60,176 nucleotides of DNA from a virus: IMG/VR virus record IMGVR_UViG_3300045988_161285, positions 1 to 60,176 of that record, one strand, 5' to 3'. Each line of letters begins with the position of its first letter. The stretch's first letter is position 1. A program made the translations under genes and the position numbers. The notes beneath the pieces were generated by a model. It saw only the letters and a list, made by a program, of their open reading frames with translations, was not told where the DNA came from and did not search any database. Of the stretch, positions 9,527 to 17,978 are shown piece after piece.

Positions 9527-9549
9527 GACCCTCAAAAGTACAAAGGTAT
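9527..9549 (+). repeat. invertase crossover site S3
   Basis: GACCCTCAAAAGTACAAAGGTAT; right half diverged. Confidence 0.7.
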
Positions 9550-9952
9550 GATGGAAAAGATTAAGTTGTCAGAAGTGGAGAGAGGTTTGCCTAACGGAAT
9601 AATTGCTCAGATACGCGGGCTGAACACCCAGGGAGAGGGCATTTTAGAACCGTTGGATTCTTTTTTGAGTGACATATTATGTGCAAGAGGCTCCTTTATA
9701 TATAACAGTCAAGAAGTTATAGATAACCTCAAGAAACCTGGTGTGTATAAGCATGGGGACCCCATAATTGGTACGGGGACTTCCTATGGCGCGCATGGTG
9801 TGCTCTTGGTCTTGTATATAGATGAATATACAATACATATTGATTTTCCTGCAAGGAAAAACTTTATCCTTGTAAGAAAGTGTGTCACTGCCAACGGGAA
9901 AGATGAGTGGTCTTCATGGAAATATATATCGTTAACAGACATATCAACGTAA
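9548..9952 (+). CDS. silent cassette C (134 aa)
   Basis: ATG 9548, MMEKIKLSEVERG... Confidence 0.6.
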   Translation: MMEKIKLSEVERGLPNGIIAQIRGLNTQGEGILEPLDSFLSDILCARGSFIYNSQEVIDNLKKPGVYKHGDPIIGTGTSYGAHGVLLVLYIDEYTIHIDFPARKNFILVRKCVTANGKDEWSSWKYISLTDIST

Positions 9953-9988
9953 TAGGCTTTGCAGGACGGTCAGAGTGAAAAGCACCAA

Positions 9989-10424
9989 CTCTTACTTAAA
10001 ACTGTGGAATTATTCCACAATACCGTGGAGCACTCCACAATATTCCACAGTATTGTTAAAAGAGGATTTTGCCTTATATTAATGAAAATGAATGCAATAT
10101 TGTTGCGCAATCATTCTGGCATCAATTTTGTACTATGGTTTATGCCTTAAAAGTTATCAGTAACTTGTAGTTGTTATGGTTAGACAATAGGTATTAGTTG
10201 CATTAAGGTTTAAAGACATTTTGTTCATATTGATTTTCATTCGGAAACTCTCTTTGTTTGGCATTGCATCCCGGTCTGTGAAGTATCGGGATGTTTTTAC
10301 TTAGATGGTTGCTGTTTCCGACTAAATACTGTAACTTTGTATAGTTAGCCGATATACTACTTAACTAATACTATTTTATTCTTTGGAATAATGAAAGTAT
10401 TCTCAGCCTGTGAGGGTCGGATGC
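9989..10424 (+). repeat. ~430-bp noncoding element, direct-repeat partner at 54732-55158
   Basis: alignable by eye over the whole length (roughly 85% identity); box cluster 10003-10049, conserved core, terminator hairpin. Confidence 0.8.
10267..10298 (+). terminator. rho-independent terminator inside the repeated element
   Basis: catcccgg ... tcgggatg stem followed by TTTTT; conserved at 55008-55040. Confidence 0.6.
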
Positions 10425-10691
10425 TTTTGGTGGGTAATGCCGCCAATTATTCCAGTTAAGTGTTTAGGTTTTATGCAGTTTGCCCCATGAACAAACTGCA
10501 TTGACAAGAAGTATTCTACCCGTTCAGACCGCGATGGTTTGAGCGGGCTTTTATTTGGCATTCTGATTGATTTTTATTAATTTTACCGCATGTCTTTTTA
10601 GGCATAGTAAGTAGTTCTTGTTCTATAAAGTAAAGTCCGAAGAGTTGGAATTTATAGAACTTATACTTAATCAATTAGTTAATACAGACTT

Positions 10692-10723
10692 TCCGTCTTG
10701 TCCGTGAGGATAGGACGGATTTT
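10692..10723 (+). terminator. 12-bp hairpin with GTGA loop plus T-run
   Basis: tccgtcttgtcc GTGA ggataggacgga tttt. Confidence 0.55.
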
Positions 10724-10749
10724 AATTATAGGCAGAAAATTGGAAAGAC

Positions 10750-11331
10750 TTATGAAATGGTAATTTTATTTTCCTTGGAATGAGAGCCAATAACATATTC
10801 CGATGTTACCGCTTCCATGGAGAGAATTTGGTTCTTGTTTCCATTAACATTTGATATGGCATACAACATAAGATAGCCGCCAGAATGGTTTGGGTATTTA
10901 CTGTTTAAATAAAAACTGAAAGTATTGTCATTATCAACGTAGCATACGATATAGTTACATATTGTTGAACTGTAATTTTCTTTGGATAGACGACTGTCTG
11001 CGAATTTGTTCTCCCAATACTTTATATTAACAGAGAAATTCTCATTACTCATATTGTTTTGGTTAAAACCTATAGAGCATTGCAACCTTATGGCACGATA
11101 TTGTGCCGTACTTATTGCTGTTCTAATTATAAAGCCTTTTACATTTCCAGCTGAAGGAGTGGAAAATAACTTTGGAAATAAGCCTCCTATTAATGTATTC
11201 ATCACATTTGCCAAATCACTTTTCTTTATTTTCCCCTGACTACCATCTGCCAGTTCCACATACACATAGTTTGTATCAGTCACTATCTGACACTGGTTCA
11301 TTACTTGGCTTATGTTTACCTTCTCTATCAT
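10750..11331 (-). CDS. cassette D, currently in the expression locus (193 aa from MIEK; 213 aa if started at ATG 11391)
   Basis: MIEKVNISQVMNQ...; lies 33 nt downstream of the last constant tail-fibre gene with no terminator between. Confidence 0.65.
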   Translation of the reverse strand: MIEKVNISQVMNQCQIVTDTNYVYVELADGSQGKIKKSDLANVMNTLIGGLFPKLFSTPSAGNVKGFIIRTAISTAQYRAIRLQCSIGFNQNNMSNENFSVNIKYWENKFADSRLSKENYSSTICNYIVCYVDNDNTFSFYLNSKYPNHSGGYLMLYAISNVNGNKNQILSMEAVTSEYVIGSHSKENKITIS

Positions 11332-11355
11332 ATATCCCTTGTACTTTTGAGGGTC
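11332..11355 (-). repeat. invertase crossover site S4 (inverted relative to S1-S3)
   Basis: rc reads GACCCTCAAAAGTACAAGGGATAT; followed by ATATG, 2 nt longer than at S1/S2. Confidence 0.75.
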
Positions 11356-11424
11356 GTCATTTTCGGATAAAAACGACAACCGGTTTAACATTTTGTTTTT
11401 ATTCTCGTTTTGTTTAATATTTTG

Positions 11425-12345
11425 CTAATTAATTGGGTCTTCGTAAGTACGTTCTTCCAATTCCGCATAAGAATAGGCTACGTCCGTTCCTTTAGTTAGA
11501 ATCCATATTGCACCTAATGACATGAACTCATATACTCCGCTTTTTGATATAGCGATCTTATTGCAATAATGATATTCATTATTTTCAAATGTAAGTTCAT
11601 TAAATCCATCTGTTGTTACAACTGAAGTATAACCATAAGTGCTTCCCATTGCTGCATTATATATTGTCAACGAGATTTTCATCCCATTATATTGGACAGC
11701 CTCTGGAAGCATATACATACTCTGGGAAATTCGGTTTGGACGGCCATTCCGAAATTCAGAGCCAAAAGCCGGATTCAAAAAGAAATACCCCTCGTTTGCA
11801 CGGAAATCATGCATCCGAACAAATGATGCATTGGCAATAATTGTCCCCTCAACTTCAACATTACGTCCCTTGAAGCTCCCAGTCAGAAAATCAAGGAGTA
11901 AGTTTGGTCGAAACTTGTTTGCCGGATTCATCGGGTCATTGTAATTAAAATCTTTATATCCGCCTACCGTTTCTACAGCAGAGCCATCGGCTTTTATTCC
12001 GTATTGCGAAAACATATACTGCCCATAGAACACCGCACTTGCCAGCTTGGCGAAATTCGCCATCAGTACCTCGATAAAGGCATACTGTATCTTGTCCATC
12101 ACTACCCATGTCGCCTTACTGCCGTTTGCCGCATAGTCTGTCTTGGGGTTGACACCCTTAAATGTGCCCTCCTTAGCCAACACGTAGTATTGACCTTCAC
12201 ACAGTACCATCGGTGTCGATAGAGCCGTACGGGTGTAGCCTGTGGATGCGGAATATTCTCCAGCCGGATAGACCAGCGGACCGATCGGTCCCTGCTGGAG
12301 ATACTTCACTTCTCCCGTCTTGCTTGCCAACGCTTTCTTTGCCAT
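11425..12345 (-). CDS. tail-fibre / host-specificity protein (last constant gene)
   Basis: start at internal ATG 12345 (MAKKAL...), 1 nt after the upstream stop; the longer ORF to 12531 overlaps in another frame. Confidence 0.5.
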   Translation of the reverse strand: MAKKALASKTGEVKYLQQGPIGPLVYPAGEYSASTGYTRTALSTPMVLCEGQYYVLAKEGTFKGVNPKTDYAANGSKATWVVMDKIQYAFIEVLMANFAKLASAVFYGQYMFSQYGIKADGSAVETVGGYKDFNYNDPMNPANKFRPNLLLDFLTGSFKGRNVEVEGTIIANASFVRMHDFRANEGYFFLNPAFGSEFRNGRPNRISQSMYMLPEAVQYNGMKISLTIYNAAMGSTYGYTSVVTTDGFNELTFENNEYHYCNKIAISKSGVYEFMSLGAIWILTKGTDVAYSYAELEERTYEDPIN

Positions 12346-12346
12346 A

Positions 12347-13399
12347 TCATGCTGCCGTTGAGATTGTCCATGAAACATTGCCGCCTGCCTGCTGGCACAT
12401 AGCTTCAGTGCAGGTACCGCTTGCCGCAGCCACATTCGCCGTAGCCGGATTGAGAATGACCCCTGCCGAATCCATAAAGACAAAATAGAACAGCATATTC
12501 TTTGCCTTCGTGGTCTGTCCCCGCTTGACAAGGATAGGCGTATAAGTCACCGAACCTCCGGAACCGGAAACAATCGTCTCATCCTCGGGATTGGGATTAG
12601 TTATGATGTCGTAGGGGTCTGACAAGTCCATCACCGTCTGCGTGTCAAGGCCTATCAGATTGCCGCCCTGCGACACCTCCACCTTAAAGATGCCCGTAGT
12701 GTCAACCAGGCTGTCCGTAACGGTCAGACTCTTGCCGGTCTGGTCGACGAGTGTCTGCCAGGCACCGTTAACCATCCTGGACCACTTGTAGGTTAGTCCG
12801 GAGGTGATCTCTGACGCTCCACGTCTCGCCATTGCCGTGAGAACGACACTGCCTCCCTTCTCACGGATGGCAAAGTATTTGTCATCTCCGGAAACGATGG
12901 TCACCACGTTCTGGTTGCCCACACCCTTGGTGATAGGGATGCTGTAAACGAACTGCACCTCATCCGACACGTTGCCCACGGTCACCGTAGCCACCGCCTT
13001 GACGCTGCAGCTCGCACCGGACGACGCCTTCACCAGGTTCTTCACGATCTGAAGCCCGTAATAGTTCGTAGTGCCCGCCTTGTAGGGGATGTACTTGAAA
13101 TGCCCCGTCTCGCCGCCGAACGTGTTCGTGGAAACGTTGGATGTGAAGCTTATCAACACGTCATTGAAATACCACCTGATGGAAGAGGGCACCACACCCC
13201 CCTCAGCCACCCGTGAGGAGGTGAGAAGGAAGGAGAGCGTCGGCTTCATCGTGGTGAAGTCGGGGGCTATGTTTGTCGGAGCACCCGATTCACCATCATA
13301 CTCTTGATAGAGGTCGCCTTTGTCGCACATAATCGCTGGCATGTAAACGCCAGACTTTTGCGAAAAGATTACCTGCCCGACCTTACTCGCTACGCTCAT
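12347..13399 (-). CDS. tail-fibre-associated virion protein (repeat/Ig-like, tentative)
   Basis: 350 aa, Thr/Ser/Val/Gly-rich beta-type composition; inside the GC-rich block. Confidence 0.45.
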   Translation of the reverse strand: MSVASKVGQVIFSQKSGVYMPAIMCDKGDLYQEYDGESGAPTNIAPDFTTMKPTLSFLLTSSRVAEGGVVPSSIRWYFNDVLISFTSNVSTNTFGGETGHFKYIPYKAGTTNYYGLQIVKNLVKASSGASCSVKAVATVTVGNVSDEVQFVYSIPITKGVGNQNVVTIVSGDDKYFAIREKGGSVVLTAMARRGASEITSGLTYKWSRMVNGAWQTLVDQTGKSLTVTDSLVDTTGIFKVEVSQGGNLIGLDTQTVMDLSDPYDIITNPNPEDETIVSGSGGSVTYTPILVKRGQTTKAKNMLFYFVFMDSAGVILNPATANVAAASGTCTEAMCQQAGGNVSWTISTAA

Positions 13400-13667
13400 C
13401 GGTCACCTCCTCCCCGTCTTTATCCATGAAACCCTCCGGAGTGGCGACCTCCACCGGATCTTCCACGCCGTCTATCTCACCCTTGGCCTGCTGCGGGGAA
13501 AGGCACACGCCCCCGACTACTGCCGCCCGGTCGAATACCGTATCGCCGGGAAAGCCTGCCACATCGGCCTGCCATAACAGCACATTGCCGTCGGCAGTGC
13601 TGTTGCGGATTCCTGCCACTCCCAGCTTGTCCGCAACCTCTCTCGTCACTTTGATATAAAATGCCAT
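13383..13667 (-). CDS. small acidic virion-module protein
   Basis: 94 aa, ATG 13667, 17-nt overlap with the downstream gene. Confidence 0.45.
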   Translation of the reverse strand: MAFYIKVTREVADKLGVAGIRNSTADGNVLLWQADVAGFPGDTVFDRAAVVGGVCLSPQQAKGEIDGVEDPVEVATPEGFMDKDGEEVTDERSE

Positions 13668-13685
13668 ACTGCTATCGATTAATGG

Positions 13686-14843
13686 TTAAACATCCCTTTT
13701 CCTTGCCACTATAAACTTACCGCTGTCATCCGTCACGTACTTGCCGTCAGATGTCACCACCGCCGCATACGGGCCCTTGTCAATCACCTTCAGCTGTAGC
13801 ATCATGCCGTCGGTGCATGGGATGGAGGGCGAGTACCCGGCAGCGGCCAGCACGTATGAGGAGGCGCCGGCCGCCTTCGTGTACCATTCGCACTCAAGGA
13901 TGGCCTGGGGATTGGGGACAATCCCTGCCGTATCACGGATGACCGGTTTCGGGTATATCATCTTGGTTCCGTCGGCCACCTGCTGCGGAAATCCCTCCCA
14001 GTCAATCTCGATGCTGGGAATACGCCTGCGGATGGTGGTGGAGACATAGTCTATGTCACTGTCCGGCTTGGATGAAGGAGCACCGTCCTTCGAGTACGAT
14101 GCTTTCACGACGTAGGTCTGTTCGTGGCCGATATAGTCCCGGTCTATGGTAAGCACGTTCTTTGTCAGTGATACGAACTCCCAGTCATTGTCGCCGTTAC
14201 CGTCGGTAATCTGCTCCAGTGCGCCCGTATTCAGCTTCCGATAGAAGAAGAACTTGCACTTGTTGGTTGCTGTGACATCTACATCACCGACAAGCAGTCT
14301 GGCGGTGATGGCCTGCCTGGCAATGTCCCGACACGGGTTCCAGTCAAGTGCCGACGGAGAGTCGACCATCAGCTTAGGTTGCGCCTCGCTGCCGTCAACG
14401 GCGCGGACAAGACGGCTGAAACGGTAGACGTGCGTCTGTCCAGTACGCTTCACATCGACATACTCGGCGTAGAACTCCAGTGTTACCGGACTGCCGGGAA
14501 CGGTATTCTTTTTCACTTGTATCTTACCCTTCTCGGCTCCGGTCTCGGTAATGACATAGCTCTTGTTGGCAGATGTAATCAATGTCCGCACACCGTTCAA
14601 GCGCTCGTACCACTTCATGTTGACCAATGACGCGTTGACCGCACCCACCTTGACCACCGCATCCGGGTCGGTGGCATTGCACCGGGGGAACAGCGTCAGG
14701 GGGGTAAGCGTGTAGTCCGGAGTGTACTCGGCCTTGTCAGCCTGGTACACCTGCACGTCCGGCACGCTGCCGACAACCTCTATCCCGCCGCTGGTCTGGA
14801 GAGGGCGGTAGTTGACCTCTATCTTCTTCTGTATAGTCTGCAT
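13686..14843 (-). CDS. tail/baseplate structural protein (unassigned)
   Basis: 385 aa ORF in the co-directional late operon, GC-rich block. Confidence 0.5.
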   Translation of the reverse strand: MQTIQKKIEVNYRPLQTSGGIEVVGSVPDVQVYQADKAEYTPDYTLTPLTLFPRCNATDPDAVVKVGAVNASLVNMKWYERLNGVRTLITSANKSYVITETGAEKGKIQVKKNTVPGSPVTLEFYAEYVDVKRTGQTHVYRFSRLVRAVDGSEAQPKLMVDSPSALDWNPCRDIARQAITARLLVGDVDVTATNKCKFFFYRKLNTGALEQITDGNGDNDWEFVSLTKNVLTIDRDYIGHEQTYVVKASYSKDGAPSSKPDSDIDYVSTTIRRRIPSIEIDWEGFPQQVADGTKMIYPKPVIRDTAGIVPNPQAILECEWYTKAAGASSYVLAAAGYSPSIPCTDGMMLQLKVIDKGPYAAVVTSDGKYVTDDSGKFIVARKRDV

Positions 14844-14845
14844 AA

Positions 14846-16276
14846 TTAGAAAGTTATATAATTCATTGTCTCATAATTGTTCTGCCCGTCACGCAGCAAT
14901 ACCCGTGCGATGAACTTGCACCCGGTCATGTTCATATAGTCGGGGCCGAGGTCGTTGACCGTCAGCGGCAGTGACTTGCCGGTTTCCGCGTGTGCGACCG
15001 CCCAGGCGTTGTCCTCGGTGACGTTGCCCGTATCGCGCGTCCACTCCACATCACTGTCAAGGATATGCGCCGTAACGTCACGGTTGTACAGCTCACCGGT
15101 AATGGTGAGGGTGGTCGCAAAACGCTCCGCATCGAAGTACCAGCCATTGGAGCTTTCTATATCGATGCTGAAATCCGGATTGCCCTCGACCATTGCCCAG
15201 CCCGCTGCTCCGTACTTCGGTTCGTCGGTAGTGCCGGAAACAAGACACATCCACTTGCATCCGTAGTGCCACACGGTATCGTACATCATCACACGTACGG
15301 TCTCGGTCTGTGCCTCGCGGTCGGCTTGGTAGGGTTCTGCTCCGGTGGCGGTCTCCATGTTCCACTCTCCGCGGTCGTTGGCGATGCGGGGCAATACGCC
15401 TTGGAAGTCGATGCGGTGGATGTCCTGCGCTACCAATCCCCGGACGTAGATATAAGAGTGCAGGTAGTTGATGGGCAGGTTGTCGAACAGAGACAGATGC
15501 TTCAGCCTGCCGACGATCACCGAATAGTTGCTTTCCTCAAGGACGGGTTTTGTGACCCCGTTAAGCATGCAGATACAATGCTCACGGGATGACAGATACC
15601 AATAACCCTGCCGTTCAGTATCAACCGGGTTGCCACGGTGTGATAATATCATCAACGGCTCAGGAGGATAATTCTTGCCACCCGGCACCTCGCTATCAGG
15701 GTACATCACAGCGTTGATCGTATTGGCTGAGATGTCAACATGCAAGACACGTAGCCAGGAGGTATAATACTTGCCGCCACCTGATGCAAGGTCATTGACA
15801 ACACCATATACAACATCGTTTTCTGCCAGTGCAGTAAAGTCGTTATCCCACCGTTTCTTCATCTTCAGGCTGTATGTGCCGTCTTCAAGCTGCGATACAC
15901 TTTCGATGGTACCAGACTCGGAGAAGGAATAGTCGCTCTCCATGGCGGAGAGACGGTTGAAGATAAGCTCAAGGACGGTAAGGCTGTCGCGGACCTCGAG
16001 GCGGGACAGCTGCATACGGCCGTCAGGGAATATTCCGGCACCCTTGCCCGCGACCATCGAGTCGATAAACTCGCCGAACTTCAACAGAAAATTTGTGCCG
16101 TCAGCTCGATCTTTCCTCAGAAAAATCTTCTCCAATTCTTCAGGGGAGTATTTGGATAACAGATTCAAGATTCCGACCAGCGTGCGTCCAACCCTCTCTG
16201 CGGTATTCTCTCCCTCAGAAGAGGCGTTCCTTATCTGTAGAGCAAGTTTCCTTAATATGTCAAGTGTATCAGGCAT
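14846..16276 (-). CDS. tail/baseplate structural protein (unassigned)
   Basis: 476 aa ORF, 2-nt gap to the next gene. Confidence 0.5.
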   Translation of the reverse strand: MPDTLDILRKLALQIRNASSEGENTAERVGRTLVGILNLLSKYSPEELEKIFLRKDRADGTNFLLKFGEFIDSMVAGKGAGIFPDGRMQLSRLEVRDSLTVLELIFNRLSAMESDYSFSESGTIESVSQLEDGTYSLKMKKRWDNDFTALAENDVVYGVVNDLASGGGKYYTSWLRVLHVDISANTINAVMYPDSEVPGGKNYPPEPLMILSHRGNPVDTERQGYWYLSSREHCICMLNGVTKPVLEESNYSVIVGRLKHLSLFDNLPINYLHSYIYVRGLVAQDIHRIDFQGVLPRIANDRGEWNMETATGAEPYQADREAQTETVRVMMYDTVWHYGCKWMCLVSGTTDEPKYGAAGWAMVEGNPDFSIDIESSNGWYFDAERFATTLTITGELYNRDVTAHILDSDVEWTRDTGNVTEDNAWAVAHAETGKSLPLTVNDLGPDYMNMTGCKFIARVLLRDGQNNYETMNYITF

Positions 16277-16791
16277 TATTCACCAAGTACTCTAAAAGTT
16301 ACACGATTAGCATTAATCCCTCCACTTCCCCTATACAGCGGAAAGTCTTTTTTGTTATCATTCAAATACCGAACACATTCTTTCATATACCTATCAGCAA
16401 CAGAGAAAGCATCATTATAAGCCATAAGTTTCTCCTTAAAATCAGAACGCGATGAATATTCGTTATCTTTATTGACAAATCCAAAACGGGTGACATTTCC
16501 ATCTCCATTTTTCACGATACGAGCATAGGTATAATATGCCAATGTCGTTTTCAGCCCTACAAAGGAACGTTTTCCTCCACATTCTATGGTATAAGAACTA
16601 CCATTAAGCAACTCACTATAATTTTCCGGATGTTCTTTCACATCTAAGAATAAAGCATCACCCAAAGCTGACTTCAAATCAATGTTCTCCGACTCCCGAA
16701 TATATGCCTCTATCTTTTCCGTATCGATGTGTATTGACATCGTACGAGCCAACTTATAGACCTCATCTGTTGTTATTAGACATCGCAGCAT
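16276..16791 (-). CDS. virion-module protein (unassigned)
   Basis: 171 aa; start uncertain (ATG 16791 overlaps the upstream gene by 29 nt; alternative ATG 16740). Confidence 0.45.
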   Translation of the reverse strand: MLRCLITTDEVYKLARTMSIHIDTEKIEAYIRESENIDLKSALGDALFLDVKEHPENYSELLNGSSYTIECGGKRSFVGLKTTLAYYTYARIVKNGDGNVTRFGFVNKDNEYSSRSDFKEKLMAYNDAFSVADRYMKECVRYLNDNKKDFPLYRGSGGINANRVTFRVLGE

Positions 16792-17959
16792 TTCTTATAT
16801 ATTTAAGAGGTTGTACACTAAAGTCATTGGAAGGATTGAGAGGTTCATACCAATGCGCAAAAATTTTCTGAAAAGCCCGTTCAATCATGCGTTGTTGCTT
16901 TGACACAATAGAGTTATAGTATTCAAAAGCATCTTCCAATATATCCCCAGAAAAACCGACCTTACCAATCCGGATACAATACCAAGGCTCCTGCCCGAAA
17001 GCCGAATAAATACGTTCAACCACACTGGCATCAGTAACGGTAAACTCCTTATCATAATTTTTAGGACTAATATCCACAAACTCCGGTTTTTCTTCATCAG
17101 ATTCCAAGGTTACCTCTAAGACCTTTGTCGCATTGGTGTCTCCTTGTAATTGCACGATAGTATCAGAAAAACCAGTATCTTCATTAGTCCTATCCTCTTT
17201 TATAGGATTTCCGTTTTCATCAAAACGTACCGAAGAAGCACCTTTCTTTGTAATTATCATCCCGGAAGGCATGAAGTTACAACGCACATTACGATACTTC
17301 ACATTGGCTAATCCCTCATCCGTACTCATTTCCGTAATCACACGGTCAGCTCTTCCGATAGGATACACGAATTTCCCTGTGTTGCTAATCCATAGTATCT
17401 GCCCCTTATAGTTTTCAATCCCTCCGGCAGCCCGAATTTGCGCATAGACCACCTCTTTACGTGGATTAAATACATCTATAAACTCTACATTTTCTGGTAT
17501 TACCTTTATGGCTTTTCCCTGACGGGTTTTCTTTCCTGTCCAATCCGGATGAACTGCGATTTTTGCGATATATCCGGATTCATCCTCCTCCAACAAACGG
17601 CAATTTTCAAAGGGGATGTGCTGTACTTCCACTATATCTGCGAACATATTATAATTAACATGTATCGCCATCCCATCGTAATCAGCAACATCCTTGCAGA
17701 CGAAAGCATGGATGTCATCTGCCGTATCTCCACGGCGGTTAACCACATATTCAGAAAAAGCAACCTCACGAAACCCATTTCCCTCTATGAAATTGGCATA
17801 ACGTTCTGCACATTCACTACCCGTTGAACTCGCAGCGATGATATTTCTTAGATGTTGGGGATATAAATTATCATCACCGTAGCTTTGGATGCCAAGATTA
17901 CGTAAATAGCCCGTGTCAACACGCCTATTACTCTTCTTCTTTAATTCATTTACATTCAT
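16763..17959 (-). CDS. portal-like protein (tentative)
   Basis: 398 aa, acidic; size and position in the head module; no other portal-sized candidate next to terminase. Confidence 0.4.
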   Translation of the reverse strand: MNVNELKKKSNRRVDTGYLRNLGIQSYGDDNLYPQHLRNIIAASSTGSECAERYANFIEGNGFREVAFSEYVVNRRGDTADDIHAFVCKDVADYDGMAIHVNYNMFADIVEVQHIPFENCRLLEEDESGYIAKIAVHPDWTGKKTRQGKAIKVIPENVEFIDVFNPRKEVVYAQIRAAGGIENYKGQILWISNTGKFVYPIGRADRVITEMSTDEGLANVKYRNVRCNFMPSGMIITKKGASSVRFDENGNPIKEDRTNEDTGFSDTIVQLQGDTNATKVLEVTLESDEEKPEFVDISPKNYDKEFTVTDASVVERIYSAFGQEPWYCIRIGKVGFSGDILEDAFEYYNSIVSKQQRMIERAFQKIFAHWYEPLNPSNDFSVQPLKYIRNAAMSNNNR

Positions 17960-17978
17960 CGTTCCGTGAGGTTGTTCT

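Larger units (their letters stand above)
8616..11355. other. multi-site invertible (shufflon-like) tail-fibre cassette region
   Basis: one 17-nt core GACCCTCAAAAGTACAA present 3x direct and 1x inverted, each directly upstream of an ORF starting MIEK/MMEK. Confidence 0.8.

Noticed and set aside
9959-10150. 63-aa track ORF and a shorter 20-22-aa ORF (MNA[I/T]LL...GINFVLWFM) inside the 430-bp repeated element
   Set aside because: Differences between the two copies are mostly non-synonymous. The conserved part coincides with perfectly conserved nucleotides, so there is no coding signature.
10405-10424. A 9-nt match (tgagggtcg) to the inverted crossover core at the edge of the 430-bp element, as a possible fifth recombination site
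   Set aside because: Only the outer half of the core is present and the AAAAGTACAA part is missing. The right-hand copy of the element lacks it. It is possibly a relic, but not a supportable site.
14990-15592. Long plus-strand ORFs in the GC-rich blocks (for example 14990-15592, 36894-37496, 37503-38009, 12213-12488)
   Set aside because: They lie antisense to or overlap long minus-strand genes with clear motifs or operon context. Their composition is Arg/Pro/Gly-rich, as expected for stop-codon-poor GC-rich DNA.
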